The position numbers were made by a program, and so were the translations under genes. The notes beneath the pieces are model-generated. The model saw only the letters and a list, made by a program, of their open reading frames with translations, ran no database searches and was not told the origin of the DNA. Shown here one piece after another: positions 1 to 14,409 of a DNA stretch of 64,000 nucleotides (position 1 is its first letter; every line of letters begins with the position of its first letter). The stretch is from Escherichia phage vB_EcoM_G2285: the sequence record MK327933.1. One strand, 5' to 3'.

Positions 1-2
1 TG

Positions 3-671
3 AAACTTAATAAATGGACCTCTATAAACTCACAAGAAGATGTGGCTAAAGTCGAAACTATTCTACCACGTATAAATCTCCAAATGGTAGATTTCGTTTA
101 TAACCCAACGTTTAAAACGAATATATTGAATAACTCTCTTTTGAGTAAATCGACTAAGGATATTGTAGACCAATACAACCCATCACCAATTAAAATGATT
201 TTTGAACTGAGCATCTTTACTCGTTATGAAGATGATATGTTCCAAATCGTTGAGCAAATTATTCCATATTTTCAGCCGCATTTTAATACGACTATGATTG
301 AGCAATATGGGCAGGATATTCCATTTGAAAGGGATATTAAAGTCGTATGGATGGCAGCAGCAATGGATGAACAAATAGACGGTGATAATTTATCTCGTCG
401 ACGTTTAGAGTGGTCATTAACATTTGAAGTAAATGGATGGATGTATCCTCCGGTAGGCGCAGCAGAAGGCCTTATTAAAACGACTTATCTTGATTTTCAT
501 GCTAATGAACGAGACCTTCAATCAGCCGCCAGCGTTTTTGAATCAGTTGATACAGAAATTAAACCGAGAGACGTTGAAGCACAAGATTGGAATGGTGAAG
601 TTGAACAAACTTATACTCATGATATTCCAATCCCGACTCCACCAACCCCTCCTGGTCCTAGAAAACAATAA
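3..671 (+). CDS. 15: Tail sheath stabilizer/completion protein gp15, 5'-truncated by window edge
   Basis: Frame open from window start; lies immediately upstream of gene 16 as in T4; track ORF 42..671 begins at an internal GTG. Confidence 0.75.
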   Translation, partial: KLNKWTSINSQEDVAKVETILPRINLQMVDFVYNPTFKTNILNNSLLSKSTKDIVDQYNPSPIKMIFELSIFTRYEDDMFQIVEQIIPYFQPHFNTTMIEQYGQDIPFERDIKVVWMAAAMDEQIDGDNLSRRRLEWSLTFEVNGWMYPPVGAAEGLIKTTYLDFHANERDLQSAASVFESVDTEIKPRDVEAQDWNGEVEQTYTHDIPIPTPPTPPGPRKQ

Positions 672-2997
<2,326 letters not shown>

Positions 2998-3024
2998 AAA
3001 TAAAGCAAATTAAGAGGAATTAAA

Positions 3025-5007
3025 ATGGCACTTCTCTCTCCGGGCGTTGAGCTCAAAGAAACTACCGTACAGAGTACTGTAGTTAATAACTCCACTGGTA
3101 CTGCTGCCCTGGCTGGAAAATTCCAATGGGGACCTGCATTCCAGATTAAACAAATCACTGATGAAGTTGCATTAGTTGATATGTTTGGTACTCCTAATAC
3201 GGATACAGCAGATTATTTCATGTCTGCTATGAACTTCCTTCAATATGGTAATGACCTTCGTGTTGTACGTGCAGTTGATCGTGATACTGCTAAGAACTCA
3301 TCTCCTGTAGCAGGCAATATTGAATTCACAATCTCTGCCGCTGGTAGTAACTATGCGGTTGGTGATAAAATTATCGTTAAGTATTTGACCGAAACTGTTG
3401 AAGCAGATGGTTATGTCACTTCAGTTGATGTCGATGGTAAAATTCTTAACATTTATATCCCAACCGGTAAAATTATTGCTCGTGCAAAAGAAATTAATGA
3501 ATATCCGGCATTGGGTTCTAACTGGACCGCCGAAGTTGCCAGTTCTTCTTCTGGACTCTCTGGCGTTATTACAATTGGTTCTATCGTAACCGATTCTGGT
3601 ATTCTGTTAACTGAAGTTGAAACTTCTGAAGAAGCTATTACTTCTCTAACTTTCCAAGAATCTATTAAAAAATATGGTGTCCCAGGCGTAGTTGCTCTTT
3701 ATCCTGGTGAACTTGGCGACCAGCTCGAAATTGAAATCGTATCTAAAGCAGACTATGACAAAGGTGCTTCAGCCCAGTTAAAAATTTATCCTGATGGTGG
3801 TACTCGTGCATCTACGGCTAAAGCAATCTTTGGGTATGGCCCACAAACTGATGACCAATATGCAATTATCGTTCGTCGTAACGATGCTGTAGTCCAGAGT
3901 GTAGTTCTTTCTACTAAACGCGGTGAACGCGATATTTATGGTAGTAATATCTTTATTGATGATTTCTTTGCTAAAGGCGCAAGCAATTATATTTTCGCTA
4001 CTGCACAAGGTTGGCCAAAAGGTTTCTCTGGCGTAATCAAACTGGGTGGCGGCTTATCATCTAATGAAACGGTTGACGCCGGCGATTTAATGGAAGCTTG
4101 GGATTTGTTTGCTGACCGCGAATCTGTTAATGCGCAGTTGTTTATTGCTGGTTCTTGTGCAGGTGAATCTTTAGAAGTTGCTTCTACAGTTCAGAAACAT
4201 GTTGTAGCAATTGGTGATTCTCGCCAAGATTGCTTGGTTCTTTGCTCACCTCCACGTTCAACTATAGTCGGTATTCCTGTTAATCGTGCAGTTGATAATC
4301 TGGTTGATTGGCGTACTGCGTCAGGAACTTACACTGATAATAACTTTAATGTAAGTTCTACTTATGCCGCTATTGATGGTAACTATAAATATCAATATGA
4401 TAAATATAATGATGTGAATCGTTGGGTTCCATTAGCTGCTGATATTGCTGGTCTTTGTGCTCGCACAGACAATATTTCTCAGCCTTGGATGTCTCCTGCT
4501 GGTTATAACCGTGGACAAATTCTTAACGTTATTAAGCTTGCAATTGAAACTCGTCAACCACAGCGTGATCGTTTGTATCAGGAAGCTATTAACCCTGTTA
4601 CTGGTACCGGTGGTGATGGGTATGTTCTGTACGGTGATAAAACTGCCACTTCTGTTCCTTCACCATTTGACCGTATTAACGTTCGTCGTTTGTTCAATAT
4701 GGTTAAAACGAACATTGGTTCAGCATCTAAATATCGCCTGTTTGAATTGAACAACGCATTTACCCGTTCTTCTTTCCGTACAGAGACTTCTCAATATCTA
4801 CAGGGTATTAAAGCTCTCGGTGGTGTATATAACTTTAAAGTTGTTTGTGATACTACCAATAACACACCAGCAGTTATCGACCGTAATGAATTTGTAGCTA
4901 CTTTCTACTTACAACCTGCCCGCTCGATAAATTATATTACGTTGAACTTTGTAGCAACAGCAACTGGTGCCGATTTCGACGAACTGATTGGTGCTGTAGG
5001 TAGTTAA
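3025..5007 (+). CDS. 18: Tail sheath protein gp18
   Basis: 660 aa, T4 gp18 length and sequence pattern. Confidence 0.95.
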   Translation: MALLSPGVELKETTVQSTVVNNSTGTAALAGKFQWGPAFQIKQITDEVALVDMFGTPNTDTADYFMSAMNFLQYGNDLRVVRAVDRDTAKNSSPVAGNIEFTISAAGSNYAVGDKIIVKYLTETVEADGYVTSVDVDGKILNIYIPTGKIIARAKEINEYPALGSNWTAEVASSSSGLSGVITIGSIVTDSGILLTEVETSEEAITSLTFQESIKKYGVPGVVALYPGELGDQLEIEIVSKADYDKGASAQLKIYPDGGTRASTAKAIFGYGPQTDDQYAIIVRRNDAVVQSVVLSTKRGERDIYGSNIFIDDFFAKGASNYIFATAQGWPKGFSGVIKLGGGLSSNETVDAGDLMEAWDLFADRESVNAQLFIAGSCAGESLEVASTVQKHVVAIGDSRQDCLVLCSPPRSTIVGIPVNRAVDNLVDWRTASGTYTDNNFNVSSTYAAIDGNYKYQYDKYNDVNRWVPLAADIAGLCARTDNISQPWMSPAGYNRGQILNVIKLAIETRQPQRDRLYQEAINPVTGTGGDGYVLYGDKTATSVPSPFDRINVRRLFNMVKTNIGSASKYRLFELNNAFTRSSFRTETSQYLQGIKALGGVYNFKVVCDTTNNTPAVIDRNEFVATFYLQPARSINYITLNFVATATGADFDELIGAVGS

Positions 5008-5017
5008 TAAGACGCCT

Positions 5018-5039
5018 GATGGGCTATTTCGGTAGCCCA
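5018..5039 (+). terminator. Hairpin after gene 18 (ATGGGCTA-tttcgg-TAGCCCAT)
   Basis: 8-bp inverted repeat right after the gene 18 stop; no strong U-run. Confidence 0.3.
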
Positions 5040-5047
5040 TATAAATA
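5040..5047 (+). promoter_or_regulatory. Late promoter TATAAATA upstream of gene 19
   Basis: Exact TATAAATA in the 18-19 spacer. Confidence 0.5.
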
Positions 5048-5119
5048 TACTATATCGTTTAAAAATTAATTCTATGGGCCTCCGGTTAATCCTAAGCCCA
5101 TATTACTACAGAGGCTAAT

Positions 5120-5611
5120 ATGTTTGTAGATGACGTAACTCGCGCCTTCGAATCAGGTGATTTCGCTCGCCCTAACCTGTTCGAAGTAGAAATCTCTTAT
5201 CTTGGGCAAAACTTTAGCTTCCAGTGTCGTGCTACGGCTCTTCCAGCTGCAATCGTTGAAAAGGTTCCTGTTTCTTATATGAACCGTAAAATTAACGTGG
5301 CTGGTGATCGTACATTCGATGATTGGACTATTACAGTAATGAACGATGATGCTCATAGCATTCGTCAGAAATTTGTTGATTGGCAAGGTATTGCAGCAGG
5401 ACAAGGTAATGAAATTACCGGTGGTAAACCTGCTGAATATAAAAAGTCTGCTATCGTTCGTCAATTTGCCCGTGATGCTAAAACGGTCACTAAAGAAGTT
5501 GAAATTGTCGGCTTGTGGCCTACTAACGTTGGCGAAGTATCTCTTGACTGGGACAGCAATAACGAGATTGAAACGTTCGAAGTAACTCTTGCTCTTGATT
5601 GGTGGGAATAA
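5120..5611 (+). CDS. 19: Tail tube protein gp19
   Basis: 163 aa, T4 gp19-like. Confidence 0.9.
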   Translation: MFVDDVTRAFESGDFARPNLFEVEISYLGQNFSFQCRATALPAAIVEKVPVSYMNRKINVAGDRTFDDWTITVMNDDAHSIRQKFVDWQGIAAGQGNEITGGKPAEYKKSAIVRQFARDAKTVTKEVEIVGLWPTNVGEVSLDWDSNNEIETFEVTLALDWWE

Positions 5612-5659
5612 TCTGGTTGGGGAGAAATCCCCAGCTTCCCGTGATGACGGAGAAGTCCA

Positions 5660-5667
5660 TATAAATA
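5660..5667 (+). promoter_or_regulatory. Late promoter TATAAATA upstream of gene 20
   Basis: Exact TATAAATA 29 nt before the gene 20 ATG. Confidence 0.55.
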
Positions 5668-5695
5668 TAACTATAATTCCCATTCGGAGAATACA

Positions 5696-7319
<1,624 letters not shown>

Positions 7320-7321
7320 TA

Positions 7322-7549
7322 ATGGACGATTTAATTCAAGCTATTAAATCAAACGACCTCGTTGCTACTCGAAAGTTTTTTGAAAGTGCAATGGCAGAAA
7401 AAACGGTTCGTTTGATTGAAGCACGCAAAGCAGAAATCGCTTCTCAATTTTTGATTGAAGGCGAAGAACCTGAAGAAGAAGAGAAAGCTTCGGAAGACGA
7501 CGAAGATGATGACGATGAAGACGAATATGATGATGAGGACGATGAATAA
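7322..7549 (+). CDS. 67: Prohead core protein gp67
   Basis: 75 aa with acidic D/E tail; position between 20 and 68. Confidence 0.8.
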   Translation: MDDLIQAIKSNDLVATRKFFESAMAEKTVRLIEARKAEIASQFLIEGEEPEEEEKASEDDEDDDDEDEYDDEDDE

Positions 7550-7974
7550 TGTATCTTATCCCTGAATCTTATGAATTGGTACTCGAAAATGTCGAAGCAC
7601 TTATTCCTGAAGCACAGGGCCGAATCGATGCATTGTCTTCTGCTCTCGATATTGACGATATAAATACTATTATCGAGAACATGCTTGAAACTGAAACGGA
7701 TTTAGCTGTTGCAATGGCTTCCATTATTAATGAAGAACAGTTAAATGAGTTTATCGTTAAACATGTTTCTTCTCGCGGTGAAGTCACTCGCACTAAAGAC
7801 CGTAAAACTCGTGAACGTAACGCGTTCCAAACCACTGGTCTTTCTAAAGCAAAACGTAGACAAATCGCTCGTAAGGTCGTTAAAGCTAAAAAAGCTAACC
7901 CTTCAGGCCAAGTTAAAGGCTTGCGTAAGCGTAAAAAAGCTCTTAAACGTCGTAAAGCATTAGGATTAAGCTAA
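7549..7974 (+). CDS. 68: Prohead core protein gp68
   Basis: 141 aa, basic C-terminus; T4 order. Confidence 0.8.
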   Translation: MYLIPESYELVLENVEALIPEAQGRIDALSSALDIDDINTIIENMLETETDLAVAMASIINEEQLNEFIVKHVSSRGEVTRTKDRKTRERNAFQTTGLSKAKRRQIARKVVKAKKANPSGQVKGLRKRKKALKRRKALGLS

Positions 7975-8615
7975 TGAATAAACCCGAGTTACTTATTGAA
8001 ACTTGGGGTCAACCCGGTGAGATTATTGATGGCGTTCCAATGTTGGAATCTCATGATGGAAAAGATTCTGGCTTAAAACCAGGGCTTTATATAGAAGGTA
8101 TTTTTCTTCAGGCAGAGGTTGTTAACCGAAATAAGCGTTTATATCCTAAACGCGTTTTGGAAAAAGCAGTAAGTGACTATATTAAAGAACAAGTCGCAAC
8201 CAAACAAGCCCTTGGAGAATTAAACCATCCACCTCGTGCAAATGTTGACCCCATGCAAGCCGCTATCATTATTGAAGATATGTGGTGGAAAGGAAACGAT
8301 GTATATGGACGTGCTAGAATTATTGAAGGCGACCATGGTCCCGGCGATAAATTAGCTGCTAATATACGAGCTGGTTGGATTCCAGGTGTTTCCTCTCGTG
8401 GTCTTGGTTCTTTAACCGACACCAATAAAGGGTACCGTATCGTGAACGAAGGATTTAAATTAACCGTCGGCGTAGATGCCGTATGGGGACCTTCTGCTCC
8501 AGATGCTTGGGTTACTCCTAAACAAATATCAGAATCAGAGAATTCGGTGGAAATCACCAAAAACAGTGCTGATGAAGCATTTAAAGCTCTCGCAGAGAGT
8601 TTAAAAGCATTATAA
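7974..8615 (+). CDS. 21: Prohead core protease gp21
   Basis: 213 aa, T4 gp21-like. Confidence 0.9.
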   Translation: MNKPELLIETWGQPGEIIDGVPMLESHDGKDSGLKPGLYIEGIFLQAEVVNRNKRLYPKRVLEKAVSDYIKEQVATKQALGELNHPPRANVDPMQAAIIIEDMWWKGNDVYGRARIIEGDHGPGDKLAANIRAGWIPGVSSRGLGSLTDTNKGYRIVNEGFKLTVGVDAVWGPSAPDAWVTPKQISESENSVEITKNSADEAFKALAESLKAL

Positions 8616-8618
8616 ATA
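8611..8618 (+). promoter_or_regulatory. Late promoter TATAAATA upstream of gene 22
   Basis: Exact TATAAATA overlapping the gene 21 stop. Confidence 0.5.
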
Positions 8619-8648
8619 ATAATGTAATCTAAACCACAGGACACTAAA

Positions 8649-9461
8649 ATGATCAAAGAACAACTTTTGAAAGAAGCTCAGAACATCGAGACTTCAGTTG
8701 CTCTTAATAGTGTTTTCGAATCAGTAGAACTGTCTCCGGACGTTAAAGCTAATTTCAGCACTGTATTCGAAGCCACCGTTAAGCAGGAAGCAGTCAAACT
8801 GGCTGAATCTCATATCAAAGCCATCGCCGAAAAAGCCGAAGAAGAAGTTGAAAAGGCTAAAGAAGATGCTGAAGAGAAAGCTGATAAAAAATTGGCTGAA
8901 CAAGCTTCTAAATTCCTAGACCATCTTGCAAAAGAATGGCTCGCAGAAAACCAAATCGCAGTTGATAAAGGCATTAAAGCTGATTTGTTCGAATCCATGC
9001 TTGGTGGTCTGAAAGAACTGTTTGTTGAACATAACGTTGTTGTTCCAGAAGAATCTGTAGATGTTGTAGCAGAAATGGAAGAAGAGCTGGCCGAACATAA
9101 AGAAGAAACCGCTCGTTTGTTCGAAGAAGTTACCAAACGTGATGCATATATCAATTACGTTCAGCGTGAAACCGCTATTAATGAAAGCGTAAAAGACCTG
9201 ACTGAATCTCAGAAAGAAAAAGTTATTGGCCTGGTTGAAGGTATGGATTATTCTGACGCATTTGGTACTAAGTTAACTGCTATTGTAGAAATGGTTAAAG
9301 GTTCTACTAAAGAAGAAGCCGCTATTACCGAAAGTATAAATACAGTTGACAATGACGCTGCCGGTCTTAATTTTGTTGCCGAAGCAGTTGACACTACCAC
9401 AACTCAGGTAGAACAGAATTCTAATGTAAGTTTATATGCGAAAGTCGCATCTCGTTTCTAA
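8649..9461 (+). CDS. 22: Prohead core scaffold protein gp22
   Basis: 270 aa acidic coiled-coil-like protein, T4 gp22-like. Confidence 0.9.
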   Translation: MIKEQLLKEAQNIETSVALNSVFESVELSPDVKANFSTVFEATVKQEAVKLAESHIKAIAEKAEEEVEKAKEDAEEKADKKLAEQASKFLDHLAKEWLAENQIAVDKGIKADLFESMLGGLKELFVEHNVVVPEESVDVVAEMEEELAEHKEETARLFEEVTKRDAYINYVQRETAINESVKDLTESQKEKVIGLVEGMDYSDAFGTKLTAIVEMVKGSTKEEAAITESINTVDNDAAGLNFVAEAVDTTTTQVEQNSNVSLYAKVASRF

Positions 9462-9478
9462 TTTAAAGGTTAACACAA

Positions 9479-11047
9479 ATGACTACTATCAAAACTAAAG
9501 CTCAGCTCGTAGACAAATGGAAAGAACTGCTGGAAGGTGAAGGCCTGCCGGAAATCGCTAATAGCAAGCAGGCTATTATCGCTAAAATCTTCGAAAACCA
9601 GGAAAAAGATTTCGAAGTATCCCCTGAATATAAAGACGAGAAAATCGCTCAGGCATTTGGTTCTTTCTTGACCGAAGCTGAAATTGGTGGTGACCATGGT
9701 TATAATGCTCAGAACATCGCAGCGGGTCAAACCTCTGGTGCAGTAACCCAAATTGGGCCGGCAGTTATGGGTATGGTTCGTCGTGCTATTCCTAATCTGA
9801 TCGCTTTTGATATTTGTGGTGTTCAGCCTATGAACAGCCCTACCGGTCAGGTATTTGCTCTCCGTGCAGTATATGGTAAAGACCCTATCGCTGCCGGCGC
9901 TAAAGAAGCTTTCCATCCGATGTATGCTCCAGACGCGATGTTCTCTGGTCAGGGTGCTGCTAAGAAATTCCCAGCTCTGGCTGCTAGCACACAAACCACT
10001 GTAGGTGATATCTATACTCACTTCTTCCAGGAAACTGGTACTGTATATCTGCAAGCTTCTGTTCAAGTAACAATCGATGCTGGTGCGACTGATGCTGCTA
10101 AATTAGATGCCGAAGTTAAGAAACAAATGGAAGCTGGTGCACTGGTAGAAATCGCTGAAGGTATGGCTACTTCTATCGCTGAACTCCAGGAAGGTTTCAA
10201 CGGTTCTACCGATAACCCATGGAATGAAATGGGCTTCCGTATCGATAAACAAGTTATCGAAGCTAAATCTCGCCAGCTGAAAGCTGCTTACTCTATCGAA
10301 TTAGCACAAGACCTCCGTGCAGTACACGGTATGGATGCTGACGCTGAACTGAGCGGTATTCTGGCTACAGAAATTATGCTAGAAATCAACCGTGAAGTTG
10401 TTGATTGGATTAACTACTCGGCACAGGTTGGTAAATCTGGTATGACCCTGACTCCGGGTTCTAAAGCTGGTGTATTTGACTTCCAGGACCCGATTGATAT
10501 CCGTGGTGCTCGTTGGGCCGGTGAAAGCTTTAAATCTCTGTTGTTCCAGATTGATAAAGAAGCAGTTGAAATTGCTCGTCAAACCGGTCGTGGTGAAGGT
10601 AACTTCATTATCGCTTCCCGTAACGTAGTTAACGTACTGGCTTCAGTTGATACTGGTATTTCTTACGCTGCACAGGGTCTGGCTTCTGGTTTTAATACCG
10701 ACACTACTAAGTCTGTATTTGCCGGTGTACTTGGTGGTAAATACCGCGTATACATCGACCAGTATGCTAAACAGGATTACTTCACCGTTGGTTACAAAGG
10801 CGCTAACGAAATGGATGCAGGTATTTACTATGCTCCTTACGTTGCACTTACCCCACTGCGTGGTTCCGATCCTAAGAACTTCCAGCCGGTAATGGGCTTT
10901 AAAACTCGTTACGGTATCGGTGTTAACCCGTTTGCTGAAAGTTCCCTGCAGGCTCCAGGTGCTCGCATCCAGTCCGGTATGCCGTCTATCCTGAACAGCC
11001 TTGGTAAGAACGCTTACTTTAGACGTGTATATGTAAAAGGCATCTAA
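9479..11047 (+). CDS. 23: Major capsid protein gp23
   Basis: 522 aa, T4 gp23-like. Confidence 0.95.
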   Translation: MTTIKTKAQLVDKWKELLEGEGLPEIANSKQAIIAKIFENQEKDFEVSPEYKDEKIAQAFGSFLTEAEIGGDHGYNAQNIAAGQTSGAVTQIGPAVMGMVRRAIPNLIAFDICGVQPMNSPTGQVFALRAVYGKDPIAAGAKEAFHPMYAPDAMFSGQGAAKKFPALAASTQTTVGDIYTHFFQETGTVYLQASVQVTIDAGATDAAKLDAEVKKQMEAGALVEIAEGMATSIAELQEGFNGSTDNPWNEMGFRIDKQVIEAKSRQLKAAYSIELAQDLRAVHGMDADAELSGILATEIMLEINREVVDWINYSAQVGKSGMTLTPGSKAGVFDFQDPIDIRGARWAGESFKSLLFQIDKEAVEIARQTGRGEGNFIIASRNVVNVLASVDTGISYAAQGLASGFNTDTTKSVFAGVLGGKYRVYIDQYAKQDYFTVGYKGANEMDAGIYYAPYVALTPLRGSDPKNFQPVMGFKTRYGIGVNPFAESSLQAPGARIQSGMPSILNSLGKNAYFRRVYVKGI

Positions 11048-11071
11048 TCTTAATTGATTAAATCTTATTTT

Positions 11072-11097
11072 GGGAGACTTCGGTCTCCCATTTTTGG
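11072..11097. terminator. Bidirectional intrinsic terminator (GGGAGAC-ttcg-GTCTCCC plus T-run)
   Basis: Perfect 7-bp stem with UUCG tetraloop and T-run after the gene 23 stop; also closes the converging minus-strand ORF. Confidence 0.7.
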
Positions 11098-11099
11098 TT

Positions 11100-11369
11100 T
11101 TATTTCTGTGCAATTTCGATGTAAGTTTTCAAAATATTTTGCCAATTAGGCATACCTTCTTGGACATATGCTGGAGAACAGTCTTTGTTTTTGAATGATG
11201 CAAGTTTATCAGTGGCCCAATAACCTTTAGCTCGAGCTTCAGAATCAACTTTCATCCATACTTTGTTGAAGGCGTTACCATTAACTTTTGCACCATATTT
11301 TTCTACTAACTTAACCGCTTCAGCTTCCAGAACTTTTAAAGTATCTCTTAAGAAACGTGCTTTAGTCAT
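11100..11369 (-). CDS. Hypothetical early protein, antisense in the 23-24 spacer
   Basis: 89 aa ORF with GAGGAG Shine-Dalgarno and its own sigma70-like promoter; no recognised homolog. Confidence 0.55.
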   Translation of the reverse strand: MTKARFLRDTLKVLEAEAVKLVEKYGAKVNGNAFNKVWMKVDSEARAKGYWATDKLASFKNKDCSPAYVQEGMPNWQNILKTYIEIAQK

Positions 11370-11399
11370 TTTGTTTACTCCTCTGTAGTTGATAAGTCT

Positions 11400-11429
11400 A
11401 TAGTATCACATACCAAATACGTTGTAAAC
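11400..11429 (-). promoter_or_regulatory. Early sigma70-like promoter (TTTACA-N18-TACTAT)
   Basis: Promoter-like hexamers upstream of the 89-aa ORF; same motif recurs before other minus-strand early genes. Confidence 0.4.
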
Positions 11430-11435
11430 AATCTT

Positions 11436-11443
11436 TATAAATA
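11436..11443 (+). promoter_or_regulatory. Late promoter TATAAATA upstream of gene 24
   Basis: Exact TATAAATA 28 nt before the gene 24 start. Confidence 0.55.
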
Positions 11444-11470
11444 ATCTATATCACATAAGGAAAAAATGCA

Positions 11471-12754
11471 ATGAGTAAAATCCAAAAATTATTGCGTGAA
11501 TCTACAACGTCTACTAGCAACTCAATTGGTCGCCCAAATCTCGTTGCTTTGACTCGCGCTACGACTAAATTAATATATTCTGACATTGTAGCAACACAAA
11601 GAACTAATCAACCTGTTGCTGCTTTTTATGGTATCAAATATCTTAACCCAGACAATGAATTTACATTTAAAACTGGTGCTACTTATGCTGGCGAAGTTGG
11701 ATATGTAGACCGAGAAAAAATTACTGAACTCACAGAAGAATCAAAAGTCACACTAAATAAAGGTGATTTTTTCAAATATAATAATATCGTTTATAAGGTG
11801 TTAGAAGATACACCATTTGCAGATATTCGAGAAAGTGATCTAGAATTAGCTCTTCAGATTGCAGTCGTTCATTTAAAGGTACGGTTATTTTCAGATGCAG
11901 CGGTAACAAGCAAATTTGAAAGCTCTGATAGCGAAATTTCTGATGCAAGATTCCAGATTAATAAATGGCAAACTTCAGTCAAATCTCGTAAACTTAAAAC
12001 CGGCCTCACGGTTGAATTAGCGCAAGATTTGGAAGCGAATGGATTTGATGCCCCTAACTTCTTAGAGGATTTGCTTGCTACTGAAATGGCTGATGAAATT
12101 AATAAAGATATTCTTCAGTCTTTAATTACTGTATCGAAACGTTATAAAGTTACTGGAATTACTGACACCGGATTTATTGACTTGAGCTATGCATCCGCTC
12201 CAGAAGCAGGTCGTTCATTATATCGAATGGTGTGTGAAATGGTATCACACATTCAAAAAGAGACAACTTATACTGCAACGTTTTGTGTAGCCTCAGCTCG
12301 TGCAGCTGCTATTCTTGCTGCTTCTGGTTGGTTAAAACATAAGCCAGAAGATGACAAGTATCTTTCACAAAATGCTTATGGATTCTTGGCAAATGGATTA
12401 CCTCTTTACTGCGATACCAACAGTCCATTAGATTATGTTATTGTGGGTGTTGTAGAAAATATCGGCGAAAAAGAAATTGTAGGGTCCATCTTTTATGCTC
12501 CATACACTGAAGGAGTAGATTTAGATGACCCGGAACATGTCGGTGCTTTTAAAGTTGTAGTTGATCCAGAAAGCTTGCAACCGTCTATCGGATTATTGGT
12601 TAGATATGCTTTATCAGCAAATCCTTACACAGTAGCAAAAGATGAAAAAGAAGCGAGAATAATTGATGGCGGGGACATGGATAAAATGGCAGGACGTTCA
12701 GACTTGTCTGTTTTACTCGGTGTTAAGCTACCAAAAATTATCATTGATGAATAA
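11471..12754 (+). CDS. 24: Head vertex protein gp24
   Basis: 427 aa, gp23 paralog-like, T4 gp24 length. Confidence 0.9.
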   Translation: MSKIQKLLRESTTSTSNSIGRPNLVALTRATTKLIYSDIVATQRTNQPVAAFYGIKYLNPDNEFTFKTGATYAGEVGYVDREKITELTEESKVTLNKGDFFKYNNIVYKVLEDTPFADIRESDLELALQIAVVHLKVRLFSDAAVTSKFESSDSEISDARFQINKWQTSVKSRKLKTGLTVELAQDLEANGFDAPNFLEDLLATEMADEINKDILQSLITVSKRYKVTGITDTGFIDLSYASAPEAGRSLYRMVCEMVSHIQKETTYTATFCVASARAAAILAASGWLKHKPEDDKYLSQNAYGFLANGLPLYCDTNSPLDYVIVGVVENIGEKEIVGSIFYAPYTEGVDLDDPEHVGAFKVVVDPESLQPSIGLLVRYALSANPYTVAKDEKEARIIDGGDMDKMAGRSDLSVLLGVKLPKIIIDE

Positions 12755-12760
12755 AACAAA

Positions 12761-12782
12761 GGGACCTTACGGTCCCTTTTTC
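12761..12782. terminator. Bidirectional terminator (GGGACC-ttac-GGTCCC plus T-run)
   Basis: Hairpin between converging genes 24 and rnlB with flanking A/T runs. Confidence 0.6.
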
Positions 12783-12783
12783 G

Positions 12784-13782
12784 TTATGATACTAATTCAA
12801 TCCATGCAGGACGCAGAACATCTTGCACCATTCGGACTAATTCTTTCTTAACAAGATTCGGATTATCAGATGATGTTAATACAATACCTTCGCGAGAAGT
12901 TTCTTCCAGAATATCTTGAACAGTCAATCCCATCACTTTGCCAAAATCTTTTGGCGTTACATCCCCAATCTTAGAAATCACATTATTAACACGATTTAAT
13001 GTAACATAGCAAGCTAGAACATCAAGCAAGTTTTTGTCAATTTCGGTTAATGGAACCTGAGTTTTAATAGGCTTATCAGACTTTTTCTTTTCACTGAATT
13101 TAGAGTTCTTGCACTTAATAGCTACACGAGTACCGTTTGGCAGCCATTTAGGGAAACAAGGCTTCAGAACATAACCTTCTGCTGTATTATTGCCAATAAC
13201 ATTAGCATCAAATACGCAATTATTTGCTTCGACAAGGTCTTCTGACGCAGTAGCATTATAAGCGGCTAAGACGGAATCAAGGTCGTTTGGAATCGTGATA
13301 AGAGAATCAAATGTTCCACGTCCAAGCATTGGTGCCATTTTAAAACCGAATTCATTACAGAAATCTTGCATTTCGTAATCGGTCAAATACGTATTATCAC
13401 CACTTTCTGTATTGATAAGGATATCGAACACATAAAAATCTTTTTCACCGTAGTCAACACCTTTCTGGATTCCACCACCAGCGAATTCACCAAAGACCTG
13501 ATATGATACAGCTCGAGAACTACCCATTACTTCTTGAACGTTTTTAATAGCCTTATCATACTTCTTGAGTACAATTTCATAACCATAAAAATCTTCTGCT
13601 GGAAGAATAGGGCCTGTGCGCTTGGCGCATGTGACGTTGTCACGTTCAATTATTAACGAGAAGTTGGTCCCATGGATTTTCTCACGTGCTACCCAAACAC
13701 CAGTAGACAAACCATTAGTGTAGAGTTTTTCAATAAACTTAGAGTTATAGTGGTTTTCAAGACTGCTGTATTTCTTAAACAT
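12784..13782 (-). CDS. rnlB: RNA ligase 2 (RnlB)
   Basis: 332 aa; nucleotidyltransferase lysine motif EKIHG; matches remembered T4 Rnl2. Confidence 0.9.
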   Translation of the reverse strand: MFKKYSSLENHYNSKFIEKLYTNGLSTGVWVAREKIHGTNFSLIIERDNVTCAKRTGPILPAEDFYGYEIVLKKYDKAIKNVQEVMGSSRAVSYQVFGEFAGGGIQKGVDYGEKDFYVFDILINTESGDNTYLTDYEMQDFCNEFGFKMAPMLGRGTFDSLITIPNDLDSVLAAYNATASEDLVEANNCVFDANVIGNNTAEGYVLKPCFPKWLPNGTRVAIKCKNSKFSEKKKSDKPIKTQVPLTEIDKNLLDVLACYVTLNRVNNVISKIGDVTPKDFGKVMGLTVQDILEETSREGIVLTSSDNPNLVKKELVRMVQDVLRPAWIELVS

Positions 13783-13873
13783 AAATCACCATTATAAATA
13801 ATAATATCAAAATAATTAGCAGAGACTCTATCTCTGGCCCAATGTTTAATTTGAATGGATAGAACCTAGATTC

Positions 13874-13900
13874 ATTATACCATCAAAAAATGTAAAGCAT
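13874..13900 (-). promoter_or_regulatory. Middle promoter (MotA box ATGCTTTA plus TATAAT)
   Basis: MotA-box-like element about 13 nt upstream of a TATAAT -10, upstream of rnlB. Confidence 0.4.
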
Positions 13901-13901
13901 A

Positions 13902-14153
13902 TTAGAACTTGATTTCTATCCAGCGCCCATCACGCTGGTCGTGATTAATTTTGTACTGAAAGCCATTATCACGTAACCACTGCCCGACTTGCTCGGTGAT
14001 AGTTAAATCATTCTTTGACGGGTAGTACGTGAATTGTGTCTGGCCTTTGTCAGCGGCTTTCTCTGCCATCGCAGAGAAGTTAGTAATAAAATCACTCAAC
14101 AAATTAGCTTTAGTGGCCAGAGCCCTTTCTCTTAATTCCTGTGCAAAACTCAT
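13902..14153 (-). CDS. Hypothetical protein (24.2/24.3-like position)
   Basis: 83 aa ORF in T4-like position. Confidence 0.5.
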   Translation of the reverse strand: MSFAQELRERALATKANLLSDFITNFSAMAEKAADKGQTQFTYYPSKNDLTITEQVGQWLRDNGFQYKINHDQRDGRWIEIKF

Positions 14154-14350
14154 TTCTTCACCTTTTTGTTAATCAAACGTTTACGGTATACAACTTTTTC
14201 TTTTGCTTTAAACTTTGACCGAGCTATCTCGGCTTTAGTCCATAGTAATCCAACTTCTTTAGGTTGTAAACCAATTTTTTGAGCAATTTCTACGAATGAA
14301 AATCCCGCCTCATGTAATGTATAAACTTCAACTTCAGCTCTCATAATCAA
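14150..14350 (-). CDS. Hypothetical small basic protein
   Basis: 66 aa ORF overlapping neighbour by ATGA. Confidence 0.5.
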   Translation of the reverse strand: MIMRAEVEVYTLHEAGFSFVEIAQKIGLQPKEVGLLWTKAEIARSKFKAKEKVVYRKRLINKKVKK

Positions 14351-14409
14351 TCCCGTACTATTTGGTTTGTGCCATTATATACATTAATCTCAAGTTGTGT
14401 TTTGTATGC

